Shown here one piece after another: positions 27,591 to 40,607 of a DNA stretch of 64,000 nucleotides. This DNA is from Octopus sinensis (taxonomy: Eukaryota). The DNA lies in assembly GCF_006345805.1 (NCBI RefSeq), contig NC_043010.1, positions 2,728,001 through 2,792,000 on the forward strand, read 5' to 3'. The notes beneath the pieces are model-generated. The model was given only the letters and a program-made list of their open reading frames with translations, ran no database searches and was not told the origin of the DNA. Within the stretch, counting starts at the first letter, position 1; each line of letters opens with the position of its first letter. Position numbers and translations under genes: made by a program.

Positions 27591-28167
27591 CCTTTATTAT
27601 TATTATTATTATATTATTATTATTATTATTATTATTATTATCATTATTATTATTATCATCATCATCATTCCACCAAGGTTGACTTTGCCTTTCATCCTTT
27701 CGGGGTCAATAAAGTACCAGTCATGCACTGGGATCAATGTAATCGACTCATCCCCTCCCCCCAAATTTCAGGCCTTGTGCCTCTAGTAGAAGGGATTGTT
27801 ATTATTATTACATCAAGATCAACTTTGACTTTCATCCTTTCGGGTCAATAAATTTAGTACCAGTTGCATACTGGAGTTGATCTAATCAACTGGCTCCCTC
27901 CCACAAAATTTCAGACCTTCTGCCAAAAGAAATAAAGGATTATTATTATTATTATCAAGATGGCAAACTATCAGAATTATTAGCATGCTAGCCAAAATGC
28001 TTAGAGGCATTTCTTCTGGTTTCACATTATGAGTTCAAATTCCATCAAGGTCATCTTTGTCTTTTATCCTTTTGGGGTTGATAAATTAGTATCAGATCAA
28101 CATTGAGTGTCAATGTAATCGACTTATCCACCAACCCCAACCAAAATTTCAGGCTTCGTCCCTATAG

Positions 28168-28216
<49 letters not shown>

Positions 28217-28881
28217 TTCATGGAATTGGCAGAATGATTAATTTGGTGAGATTGGCAGAAACATTATGAGTGCCAGACAAAATGTCTAATGGAACTTCTG
28301 GTTCTTTACATCCTTTGTTCAAATGTTGCTGAGACTGATTTTTGCCTTTCATCCTTTCAGGGCCAGTAAAATAAAGAACCAGCCAAGCACTGGTGCTGTT
28401 GGTTTCAAGGAACTCCTTCTCCTCAAAACTGCTGGCTTTTTGTCTGAACTTGAAATCATTATCATTGGGTTTTTTTTATGAATATTTTTATGAATATTTT
28501 ACCCTCTAAATTTATCATTGTATAACATTTTCCAACCATTTCCTTGTACGTTTTGTTCTATTACCTCAGATATATATGTTTGCATGAGAAATGATATATT
28601 TTCCATTTTTATTACCTTCTTTTTATTCTTTACGACTAGAAATATGACGCAGGTGAGACCAGAATATCGTCCTGACTTTACGGTGCATAAAGTGTGTGGA
28701 AATTAATGTTTTTATAAATGTTTGTATAACCACAGGGAAATAACTAAACCAATATACATATACGTCATGTCTTTCTCAACTGGTGTGGTGACATTTCCCA
28801 GGAAATATTGGCACAAGCAGTTTTACATCAGACTTGGAGCTGATTTTCTTTGCATTTGATATTTAACAATTTTGTTTATAA

Positions 28882-29269
28882 CTAGCAGTATCGCCCGGCG
28901 TTGCTCGGGTTTGTAAGGGAAATAACTATATAAGCATTTTTAGAGATGTAAAGTATAATAGCCATCTCAATATGGCTAACCACAAAGGGAGGGGGGTTAC
29001 TGTAGCTTTTTACGTTCTGAGATTCAATAATACATTTTTAGAGAGTTATATATACCAAAAATGCATTAAAAATGGGAAAAATTGATGGTAAATTTTTTTT
29101 TAAATCGTAGACTCATCGTAGACACGCGCTAATACCCAGAAGGGCTCGATATGAATCACGACTATAAGATACCCGGTTTTGGTTAAACTGCACCGCAAAA
29201 TGTGGGAGTAGTTAGGAATCTAAATCGTAGGAGACAGACAGCACACAACCTCTCTTTTATATATAAAGA
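28882..29269 (-). mobile_element. Non-autonomous Helitron
   Basis: On the minus strand: A|TCTTTATATATAAAAG at the 5' end, a subterminal hairpin CCCGAGCAACGCCGGG, then CTAG|T at the 3' end. Inserted between A and T. Confidence 0.88.
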
Positions 29270-29995
29270 TTTCACTTCTTACTCTTTTAATTCACTTTTC
29301 ACCCACTTCACATCCACCGGTAGTTCTAGTAGGTTTGTAGGTATTTTAAGAATACCTCTTGGGCTGTACCCTACATAGTTATGGGTTTCCCTCTGGTGAG
29401 GAATAGCACTCATTTAGCCACCCTGCCAGGGACATGGTGAACTCAAGGTGGACTGTGAAGAGGTAACAGAAGAGCTCAACTGAGCCACAGAGCTTCTTAC
29501 ATTGATGCTGAGCAAAGGAATCCTAGAAGATCAACAGTCACCAATCTCTATCAAATGAGTAACTGCAATGCATCTAGAGTTGTGTAACCAGCTAATGAAA
29601 GGCTCACTATGACTCAAACTCTCAATTCAAATCTCTAATAATGGAACTGGATGGTGACGGTGTCATGGGAATCTACGAAAGCAGCATGATCGAATAAAAA
29701 AGTAGTTATACCAAATTCTCACTCCTGTATGCTGGTTCATTTTTATCAAACCCCAAAAGAATAAAAGATATGTTGACGTCAGTGGAATTTGAACTCAGAG
29801 TGCAGGAGTTGGATTACATGGCACAATGTTTAGTCTTACAGCTGAAATGTGTTTGGTAGCTATTTTGAGAGTGGAAATGTAAAGAGTGTAAATAAAATAT
29901 CAACAGCTTGTAAAGCAAACCATTTTGTTTTGTCTACCCCTGGTTTTGCTTATGTAACTACAGTCTTATTTTAACACTATGAGAGTATAATAATG

Positions 29996-30031
<36 letters not shown>

Positions 30032-30262
30032 TAATAATAATAATAATAATGGTTTCAAATTTTGCCACAAGGGCAGCCATTTTGAGGGAGGGGATATATT
30101 GATTACATTGACCCCAGTGTTTAACTGGTACTTAATTTATCGACTCCAAAAAGATGAAAGGCAAAGTCGACCTTAACAGAATTTGAACTCAGAATGTAGT
30201 GATGTGCTAAGCACTTCATCCAGTGCACTCACAATTCTGTCAGCTGACCGCCTTATCAATAA

Positions 30263-31413
30263 TCTTACTATAATGGGCATTATGTCCGTCTGTCTGTTCC
30301 TTTGTCTGTTCCCTCTTCACAGCCAGACAGCTGGACCAATGGTCACAATATTTTTCGGGATTACAAAGACAGTCGTTAGGAAGGTTTTTTAACATTAAAA
30401 AATCAGAAAATATGGATACTGATTTTTGAATTGATAAACCACTTTTGCATTTCTATTTAAAATTCACTGACCACGAGTAACTCTGGATTTCCATCACATG
30501 GTTCATGGTCCCATCGTAGATATGAAGGGGATCACGAGGACGGTTCATAGCAAAAATAAAATGGAAAAAGTGCGTGTCAGTATATAGTGTGTGCAATTAT
30601 TTGGTGGTTATTGAAGTGTGTCAGTCTCAAGCAAAATTCGAAATGGTTAATGGAAACAGCTGTCGTTTACATCTCAGTTTTGTCAATCAAAATAATCCAA
30701 GGTACCAGAACATCCAGACATTTGCAAAGAACAGTGAGAGGTAAGACTTAGTTTGATATTTCGCAACCCTAAAGATTCCGCTTGTGCATTCACAGCAAAC
30801 AAGGCACAGGGCCAAACTTTAGATCATGTAGGTGTATTCTTACCCACTCTGTTGTTTACACACAGCCAGTTATACGTCACTATGAGTCCAATAATTTGAA
30901 GATTAGTGTCGACTAAACAGAAAATATTGTCTACAAAGAAGTTTTGTAATCAAATTAATATTATCGAAAGGAATATGATTCATAATTTAAATAAGGAAAT
31001 TTGTGAACTTTGAATGTATAAGAGTATAAACAAGTGTAAAACAGTGTAAACAACTAAAATAAAAGTATATCTAAATAGCATTTTTTTCTTAATACTTTTT
31101 ATGTAGTGGTCGAAGGAACCTCTGGCTTTTGTTAGGAGTGGTCCCCATAACCATTTATGATACAGTCGGCTGGGAGCAGGTTCAGGAGTGAATTGTCACC
31201 ATGTCACTTAGTCACAAACACATGTCATATAGCTGCAATAAAATGCTGTATCACCAACAATAATGTGATTTATCTAAGTAATCTATCAAAGTAATCTATC
31301 AAAGTCCATTTACATTTACACATTTCTCAATTTACACGTTTCTCAATACATACTGCTACTATGACTTCCCTCCCTCATTTTATACCTTCATCGTAGAAGG
31401 GTAGATTTGCTAA
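30263..31413 (+). mobile_element. Helitron carrying a PIF1-type helicase C-terminal remnant
   Basis: 5' A|TC. About 30780-30950 encodes AFTANKAQGQTLDHVGVFLPTLLFTHSQLYVTMS...TENIVYKEVL*, the RepHel motif TINKSQGQTL...HGQLYVA...NIVYKEVL. A CCTTC..GAAGG hairpin and degenerate CTAA sit at the 3' end. Confidence 0.8.
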
Positions 31414-31417
31414 TAAT

Positions 31418-31483
<66 letters not shown>

Positions 31484-31914
31484 TAATAATAATAATTCTA
31501 TGAGAATGATTGCCACTTATGTAAACATTTGTTTTTAACGTAACTTCATTTGATTTTTGTAAATGAACAGTCTGGTGTTTTTATTTTAATGGCCTATTAA
31601 TATACAATAAGTTTCTTTTCCTAGGTGTCGGGGAGACACTCAGCAAGAAATGGAAACAAAATTGAAAGAGGAAAAACTAATAATAATAATAATAATAATA
31701 ATAATGATAATTTCTTTATTACCATAAGGGATTGAAAAAATACAAAAATATGAGGGGTTTTAAAGAAGAAAAAGAAAATGTGTAGTGTAAAAGACATATT
31801 TGCAAATAATGAAAGGTGAGAGAGATTGTGTACAATATAGAGGGATATATTAAGATTTTCAAAGTACACACACTAATAACTCAGGTAATTCACTGCCTTC
31901 TACACACACACACA

Positions 31915-31973
<59 letters not shown>

Positions 31974-32050
31974 ATATCCACATAGTTACACAACTTCTTG
32001 GAAATAGCTGCCAAACCTCCCTCAACAAATGGTAAAAGAAAGCCACTTAC

Positions 32051-32118
32051 AGCATCCCCTTATCATTTCTTTTAAAGGACTTTAACTGCTCATTGTTAAT
32101 AATTTGTTGGAAGGACTT
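32051..32118 (-). CDS. Internal exon KSFQQIINNEQLKSFKRNDKGM(L)
   Basis: Strong acceptor ggttcatttcag|AAG and donor GCT|gtaagt. 68 nt, and only the phase 0 to 2 frame is open. Confidence 0.7.
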
Positions 32119-32947
32119 CTGAAATGAACCACCACCTATGCACCAGAGATAGGAAAAACCAAGAGTTTGTCAAAATTCTAAGTATGAGCTTCCAAAAGAA
32201 AATTAACCTTGTGGGGGCACCTGTAGTTCTTTTATTGCCTTTCACCATTCAAGGAGATTCCCCAACACCACCTCCTTCAAGATTTCCATACATTGTGACT
32301 GCTGGTAATAATCCACAAAATTCCAGATATTGTATGAGTGTATCGTTTTGAATCTTGACATCAACACCAAGTTGAACCAGCAAATTATTTGGTTAAATCC
32401 TTCCCTGTTTGGGTACTTCCTTCGTCTTCAGCATTTTTAACTCTAAAATCTTTTTATTTTAAAGTTTGTTATTTTCTCTGTTCATAGTTATTATATGTGG
32501 CTGTCAAGCTGAAGTAAAAAGTATAAAAATGAAAGTAAAGCATAATTAAATAGTCTTTTACAAGTTAAAAAAATAATTTTCTATAAAACAAACCAAATTA
32601 ATAATTTGTCTTTAATTTAGCTAATCTTAATTTAATGTTTCTTTTTTGGTTCATAACATTTTACTTCTTATATGTATGGATTCATAAAGCAAATGATTTA
32701 TTTTTTATTCTTTCTTATATTTTATTCTTAATAATCATTGACATAGCAATATATATTGATTTTGGCTGAGGTTGCAATTACCCAACGAAAGCCAGTTGAC
32801 ATTGCAATTACATAGCAAATGTCATATGGTTGCACGCACCCAATGTACATATACAACAGAGAAAATAAATATTCTGGAACCAATATCAAGTGATAGTCAT
32901 GAAAGAGTTGATTCAAATATATCATAAATGATATTCAATTAACCTAC

Positions 32948-33012
32948 ATTCCCCCAAAAAGCAACAAGCCCCTTGCAGTTCTTGAAGCAGCAGCAATTAT
33001 TTGAATACAAAA
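32948..33012 (-). CDS. Internal exon (x)LYSNNCCCFKNCKGLVAFWGN
   Basis: Acceptor ttagcttatttag|TT, donor AAT|gtaggt. 65 nt, and the phase 1 to 0 frame joins in frame to 32051-32118. Confidence 0.6.
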
Positions 33013-35070
33013 CTAAATAAGCTAACACTATTTTCAATAACAAACACATTGTTGATTTTAATTAATTGCTATGTATTTTCAGTAATTTTTTTTATGAGTC
33101 CTTAGTCCTAAGCAAGACATTATATTATATCCTGTGGGGGAGGCTCCAGCATGGCAGTTTAAGAGTTTTAAGAAGCACAGAATTACCATTTAGTTACCAC
33201 TGCTCCCAGGTGCACTCTAGACATGAATAGTAGTATTTGTTAAAGTCTTCATTTATGGTCAAATTGCAGAAGTGGGTCCTCAGGCTAATGCATCCAGCTC
33301 TTATAAGAGGACTAGTCCCAAGACATGAGTTACAAAGGCTCACCAGTATTTGGTCATACCCTGAACCAATTATCTTGCCTAAGGGCTAAATAGGTCCTGT
33401 GCCTTCAGGGCAAGAGTGGGAGAGCAGTGGAATAACAGAGTGAATTGTAAATAAACAAGCAGAAGACAGTGGCAAAACTACACCTGTATCTTCCCCAAGA
33501 AAAATCACGAATCTTCAGACTTTGGTATCGAGGACCATAACTGCTATTGATATCACTGTGACTTGAAATGATACGACAACAAGAAATGAATAGCTGTGAG
33601 GTCTTTTTGTTATTTTTTGAATGGCATATGGAACTTGGTGTGGTCCCTATCCCTGCCCTTGACAATTCCTGCCAAGCCATCCTAGCCATACCAGCATGGA
33701 AAACAGATGTTAAATGTTGATGGTGACGATGATGACGATGACAATGATAATGGGTTATATGACATGTAGACACAGGTTACTTTAAAGTAATCTGATGCAA
33801 ATCAATTTAATTTCAAAAAATACTAAGAAGTATTTAATTGCTTTAGCGGAATTTCTTCTGGGTTTTTATGTTTTAAGTTCAAATTCCACTTTGCCTTTCA
33901 TCCTTTCAGAATCAATTAAATAGATACCAGGTGAGTACTGGGGCTCATATAATTGACACGACTCCCTTCCCTATAGCTAGCCTCATGCCAAAATTTGAAC
34001 CAATTGTTTTATTCTTTTATTTGCCTCAGTCATTTGATTGCAGCCATGCTGGAGCACCACTTTGAAGGGTTTAAGCTGAACAAGTTGACTCCAGGACTTA
34101 TTTTTTAAAGCCTAGTACTTACTCTAATGGTCTTTTTTGCCAGACTGCTAAGTTACAGGGATGTAAACGCACCAGCACTAGTTGTCAATCAGTGGAGGAG
34201 GATAAACTCGGAAACAAAGACGCACATATATAGATACATACATATACATATACAAAGGGCTTCTTTCTGTTTCCATCAACCAAATCCACTCACAAGGCTT
34301 TGGTCAGCTCGAGACAATAGCAGAAGAGACTTGCCCTAGGTGTCAACCAGTGAAGCTGGAACCATGTTATTGGGACGACCCCAGCTCACATATCAATCTC
34401 TCATTTTACCCAGTACAATATATAAATAAACATTACACTTAAAATTTATCCAGAAAAATTAAGTTTTTTTAAAAGCTCATATTTGCTGAAGTGACAGGGC
34501 AGACATTTGGATTTTGCCCACGACCAATAACACTTCATTTTGATGAGACTTCAGTTTCCTCCAAATTGTGAAAGCAGTCTTAGTCATTGATGATAATTCC
34601 ATTCACTTATGGATGTTCTATTGGCATATTACATCATTACCAGTGCTTGACTTGTATCCTTGTTGAACTTATGCAGACTGTTGCTGAGAGTTTAATCCCA
34701 GATAAATAAATAATGTTAGCTGGAAAGGTGTAAAATAAATTGTGTTCCAACAAATTTGTAATACATTTTGTATTCATCTTGTTATGTTTAACCAATGCTT
34801 GTAAGGTTCATCAGTATATTTCACTCCTATCCAGTGCAATTCATGACAACTTGCTTGCAGCAAAGTTGTTAGCAAAGAGACCAGGTCAGTAACCTGACCA
34901 GCCACTATGCACAATAAAGGCAGTCGCTAGGAAAACAACAAAAGCAAAGTCTCAAGTGAGAGTAATATGGAATAAAATCAACTGGAAATGGAATTTGCTC
35001 TAAAGTATCATTATGTTCCTAAAATTACAATAAATATAGACCTTATTACACTCATCTGTTAGAAACTCAC

Positions 35071-35088
35071 TCTGAGCTGATGAGAACA
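35071..35088 (-). CDS. Candidate 18-nt micro-exon (x)FSSAQ(I)
   Basis: Acceptor tttctctttaacttactaaccag|TG, donor AGA|gtgagt. Phase 1 to 1 keeps the frame into 32948-33012. Confidence 0.4.
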
Positions 35089-36330
35089 CTGGTTAGTAAG
35101 TTAAAGAGAAATTATATATAAAATAAGGTACCAAACATGTAGGTAAATTGATGTGTTATTCTCTTGCCAAAACAGTCAGGAAATGTTTTCTTGAACCCCA
35201 AGACTCATTAGGCCAGTTACTCCTTTTCCATGTGTATAAGTGATTGAGATCATAACTACCTCTGAACAGAAAACCAGTCCATTGTAAGGTTCAAGCCCAG
35301 CAATTCTGAGGTGAAGGGGACAAGTCAATTACATCAACCCCACTAATTGACTGGTACTTCATTATATCGACCCTGAAGGGATGAAAGGCAAGATTAACCT
35401 CTGTGGGATTTGAACTCAAAAACGTAATAAGTCTGAAGAAATGCTCCGAAGTATTTTTTCCAATGTCCTAACAATTCTGCTAACTCACGAACTTCAAGAA
35501 GTCTCTTGCAGATATTAAAGATATAAAGAAAAAGCAAACCCATCTCTAAAACATTGACATGGTGGGATAAGAAGAAGTGAGAGAAAAATCAGTGGAATGA
35601 AAAATGGCTATTTTGTATGTTGGAACATTTACCAAGTGTATGAAATGAATTAATTTACTGACTGTCAATAAAAATTGAAGGAGATACTAACAATAATGTT
35701 CAGAGAGAATGCTTAAGCATATGAGCTAATAACAAGTCGACAAGATCACACTCGTATCCCACAATGGAAGTGAGAGGACAACGAAGCCAAGTAACTGAAG
35801 CTATTTCTAAAAAAGAAGTTCGTATGTTCTGGAGGGAAAATTAAAACAAGGTCTTGGATTGAAATGTGATATAGTAGAGTCCCTGATTACGGACGTAATC
35901 TGTTTTAAAGCCCCGTTTTTTAACAAAATTGTTCACTACAGGAGTAATTGAAATATGTATAAATGGGGAATCTGTTCCAAGCCAAACTCAGACTCTACAT
36001 AAAGGTATAAAATGATGTCTTATTTCAACTATCCATCCGTAGCAAATACATAAAATATAGACATGCATTTGTTTGTATTTCCTTTTGTCTTGCTTCTGTC
36101 GATTTGTGGTCATGTTTGTAACAAAAAAAACAAAACAAACATAAACACAAAAAAAATTTGCAAGCTACATGCAATCCGTAAAAGGACATTAACAAACCAT
36201 TTGCACATGCTCTCCAAGTTACTTATAAGTGTGCATAGTCAACTCATGGTTTTTGTCCAAATTTCTGAATGTTGGCTGAATGCAATTTTCTTCAGAAAAA
36301 TTGTTTCGTATACAATTTGTTTATCTAGAA

Positions 36331-36369
36331 CAGGGGTTCCCAACCTGGGGTCAGTGAATTAAATTCAAA

Positions 36370-36423
<54 letters not shown>

Positions 36424-36977
36424 ATGGGAAGCTTTATGAAAATAAACAAAAGACGAAGGCAAGTGGAATACAAACAAACAATTGTATTAGTATGGCGCTC
36501 AGGAATATAAATAAAACAAGTCTTTTACGTTTCGAGCCTACGCTCTTCAACAGAAAGATACACAGAAAAGAAACACGGAGAGAAACAAGGAGAGAAAAAA
36601 ATTGCGTGCAGAGGCTGGCGAATAAATTAGAAAAAAACCACCTTACCAATTATATATGTTTTTATTATTTTTTTGCGATTTACTTAATCATCGGTATATT
36701 ATTGTTATTTTAATTTTAATATTTCTATTATATGTAATTGTCTAGATGGTGTAATTTAATTGTTCAATTTGAATTGATAAAAGGTGGTTTTTTTTAATTT
36801 TTATATTGTGTGAAATTTGATTTAGTATTTCTAAATTTAATTTTTCTCTGTAAGTAAGGATTAATATTCCCTCAAATAATTATTATATATATATATATAT
36901 GGATAAGCATATTAAGAGGTGTCCGTGGGAAAACACATTTAAATAAAAAGATTGAGAACCAATGTTGGGAACCACTG
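36331..36977. mobile_element. hAT (Charlie/Buster-type) non-autonomous element with nested inserts
   Basis: TIRs CAGGGGTTCCCAACCT / CAGTGGTTCCCAACAT. Flanks aTCTAGAa and tTCTAGAg match the NTCTAGAN target of Charlie-type hATs. Internal (TA)n plus a Penelope-terminus-like repeat also seen at about 38660-38875. Confidence 0.8.
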
Positions 36978-38886
36978 TTCTAGAGTATCGTTTGTGTGTG
37001 TTCTTCCAGTAACTTCTATGTGTGAGTAACCTGCTTGTAATTCATTGACGAAGGTTTAGCTCGTTATGCGAGTAGAAAATTTTCCTCAGAAAACCGTTAG
37101 TTGTTTAATTTGTTGAGATAACCGTTCGTTTAAGGGTAACCCGTTCTAGTGTTTTAGAAAATCCGATTTGAATATTTCCCTAACATTATATGTACTATTT
37201 ATGGTGATCACTCATGAAAGGTGTTAGAGAACTACAGGGTAGAAATATATCAAATATACTTGATTGTAGATTATTAGTTGAGAAAAAAAATTTGGGTGGA
37301 AAATTTTATATACTAAATATACGGGTATTGGCAGAGATGAAGCTAATAGAAATCAAAACTGTCACTAGCTGGGCTGGAACCTACCAGCCTCTGTGTTTTT
37401 TAAAATTATATGTCAAAGTGTTATGTATGAACTGTATAATGTTTGGTCTGAATTTGTTTCTCTGAAAAACCACTGAGAATTGATAATATAATTATAGGTG
37501 AACAAGCAGCTGGAAAGAAATGAATTTCAAGAGGTGTTGAGAGCAAGAACTGATCAACAAAATGATGCTATTAAAAATGTGACAAGAAAGAAAGACTCTG
37601 TTTGCCGGATTACAAAATTGTATTTAATTCTGTTCCACCACACACAGACACTAGAAGCAGAGGCCTTTCTGAAGCACTGCAAAAATAATTAATGTCATAA
37701 AGAAGCTGACCAAAGAAGTTAAACATAGAAAATGATGAGATTGTCTTCAGGAATCAGTCTTTTTATGATACTGCAGTTATATTACTTCTATACTTGGGTC
37801 CTCAAAATGTTGGCAGAGTCTTGGACGTATTGTCATGACATATGATGGGGCCCCATCCTTCTCTATATACGAACACTGCTGATTTCTTCTTTGAAATAAT
37901 AATAATAGTCCTTTCTACTATAGGCACAAGGCCTGAAATTTTGTGGGGCGGTGGGGACTAGTTGATTACATTGACCCCAGTGCTCAACTGGTACTCATTT
38001 CATCATCCCCCAAAAGGATGAAAAGCAATGTCAACCTCGCAGAGTTTGAAATAATAATAATAATAATAATAATAATAAGCTCCAATATTGGACTAGTACT
38101 TTTATTTTCCAGGCTTGAAAAGACAAAATGTAAGAAGCTGGACTCAGTGGGATCTGAACTCAAAACAAAGAGCTAACATCTAGAAAGGACGAGAACATAT
38201 CCAAGAATGATGATTGCTGAAAAGAGAGTAGTGTGACCAAGCGATACCGTATCAGAACAAACATGTAGCAATCGCGCCTCACTGCGATCAATAAATCACA
38301 ATGTTTGCTAATCCTGCATGAGATTTGTATTGATAAGAAAACCTTTCTGCACATCAGCAATGGAGATCTTGCTCAAAACGTATCGGAACAATGCTGACAT
38401 TAATAAGCAGATCAGTTTAAACGATCCAGCGGCTGTTCATTCCTTCTCTTTTCAGTTCTTTTACGATCCAGGACTATCAGTGACGTACCCCATGCACAGA
38501 ATGAATAAAGTTGTGGTCAATAGAACCAACCAGATGTAACGTTCGCTATTGTAGGGGATTAGTATTAATGATATGACCAACATTATTATCATCTGTCTTC
38601 AGTGGCAGTACAATACTAACACATGCACATAGATATATACATATACATACATACATATATATATGTATATAGTTAATCCAAATATGAAAACATAAAGAGA
38701 AAACACAACACGAGGATGTGGAACAAGTATAGTATTATTGGACGCTCAGGAAAGAAGGAGGGTTTAACGTTTTGAGCAGAGCTCTTCGTCAGAAACATAG
38801 GAAAGGGAAAGATCCAAAGAAGGGAAGATGGAGAAAAAAAATCGCCAACAGTACACACGCGGTCACATTTTGAATATATATATATA

Positions 38887-40410
38887 TAGTAGAACCTCGC
38901 AGTATGAGTGCACCATTGTATAAGTAATTTGCTGTACGAGTCAAAGGTTGTGTGTTTTTTTGTCTTGAAGTATGAGTGAGTTTCATACAAACGATCGCTA
39001 GTCAACGCTGAGCTCGCACCCGCTCTCCCAACAAGCACAGCCTCTGCTCACTCAGTTCAGTGTTTATTTCGCTGTAGCAGCATCTCTGTTGTGTTTTACC
39101 CAGTAGTTTTGTGCATATTTTGCTGTTATTTTATAATAATTAGTTGCGTTAGCCATGGATCCCAAGAACGTTAGTGCTAAGGACAGTGCTGAAAAGAAGA
39201 AAAAGCTGATAGAATTGAAGGAAATCATTGATAAACATGAGAAAGGATTGCATGTAGGGGACACAGCACATCAATACAACTGCAGGACTTTGACAATCTA
39301 TATCATCCTAAAGAAAAAGGGTGAGATCAAGGCCGTTACAACAGCAAAGGGTGTCTCCAGGCTCTCTAAGCAATGCACATCTGCCCACGAAAGGATGGGA
39401 AAATTGTTTCTCCTGTGGATCAGCGAGAAGTAACTCGCAGAGGATATGATTACAGACCATCATCTGCAAGAAAGCATGAGTACTGTATGGGAATCTCCTG
39501 GAGCAGAACCCTGGAACATTGACGGAGGTGACATCAGCTGATGCATTTAAGGCCAGTCGCGGCTGGTTTGATAATTTCAAGAAGAGAACTGGAGTTCATA
39601 GCGAGTCACAGATTTATTATTTTTTTTAACTAAATAGTTTGAAACTTCGTATAGTGGTGTAATTTGTCACGCTCAACACGGTTTACATTCAACTACCCAA
39701 GTACGACAACTTTTACACGAAATGACTTCTAAAATACCTCAGTTTGCTCACAAATATTTAAATTATTATTTTTTTAACTAAATAGTTTGAAATTTTGTAT
39801 ACTGGTGTAATTTGTCACACTCAACACGGTTTACTTTCAACTACCCAAGTACGACAACTTTTACTCGAAATAACTTCTAATATACCTGTTTGCTCACAAA
39901 TGTTTAAATTATTATTTTTTTAACTAAATAACTTGAAATTTCGTATACTGGTTTAATTTCTCACGTTCAACATGGTTCGCTTTCAACATTTTTGACAAAA
40001 TTTCGCATTTTAGAAGTTATTTCGCGTTAAAGTTATCGTATTGGGTAATTTTAACCAATCAAAGACGTGTATTCAGATGAAGAAAGCTGCTGCTGTTTGC
40101 GAAAGTAATCAAAGAGGTACAACTTCCGGGTTATCTCTACAAAGTGTCACCGCTCTGTTCTATTTTATTTTTGTTGCACATTACACGTTTTTTTTGGTGG
40201 GGGGGGGTCTCGCGTCAGAGTAACTAGTAAGCATATAAAGATCAATACCAAGAAGGTAATTAAGTTAATAAAGCCAGTTTACATTTTTCTCTTTTTTTAT
40301 AATTGTCATTTTACTTGCAACTACACCTTTTCTGCTTTAAAACCCATAAAAATTATCTTCGGATGGTTTTGTGGAGCTGGAACGGATTAATTATGTGGAA
40401 AATTGATTTG
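38887..40410 (+). mobile_element. Tigger/pogo DNA transposon remnant, interrupted at about 39603-40260
   Basis: 39155-39602 encodes MDPKNVSAKDSAEKKKK...IIDKHEKG...ERMGKLFLLWISEK*...FKASRGWFDNFKKRTGVHS (CENP-B-like HTH domains). A TIR-like AGTAGAACCTCG follows (TA)n, and a Tigger-like 3' region (CTGGAACGGATTAATT) lies near 40380. Confidence 0.85.
39613..39990 (+). repeat. Tandem repeat of about 147 bp (about 2.5 units) inside the Tigger insertion
   Basis: AACTAAATA anchors at 39628, 39776 and 39922 with highly similar intervening sequence. Confidence 0.85.
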
Positions 40411-40563
40411 TAAAATGGATAAAATAAAAATCGACACAAAATACGGTAGGTCACGATTGGGACGCATTTAATCATAGGCTTTCTCGATCGGAGCTGGCCT
40501 TAGGTTAGACAGTAACTAAAGAGAGAAGCCTTCCTGTGTCACTTGACTCTCTCTTTCACATAC

Positions 40564-40607
40564 AAAGATTGTACGACGATTAATCCGCAAGTACAGGCGA
40601 CAGATTC
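40564..40607 (-). other. Candidate upstream exon (5'UTR or coding) of the minus-strand gene
   Basis: Acceptor aaatttcattcag|GAA, donor TTT|gtatgt. 44 nt with two open frames (ESVACTCGLIVVQS or GICRLYLRINRRTIF). It could not be linked in phase with certainty. Confidence 0.3.

Noticed and set aside
31625-31730. Plus-strand acceptor followed by VSGDTQQEMETKLKEEK
   Set aside because: It runs straight into an (AAT)n tract, has no donor or partner exon, and is antisense within an intron.
37498-37692. Coiled-coil-like plus-strand ORF VNKQLERNEFQEVLRARTDQQ
   Set aside because: Isolated, with a weak donor. More likely an old retroelement fragment or chance.
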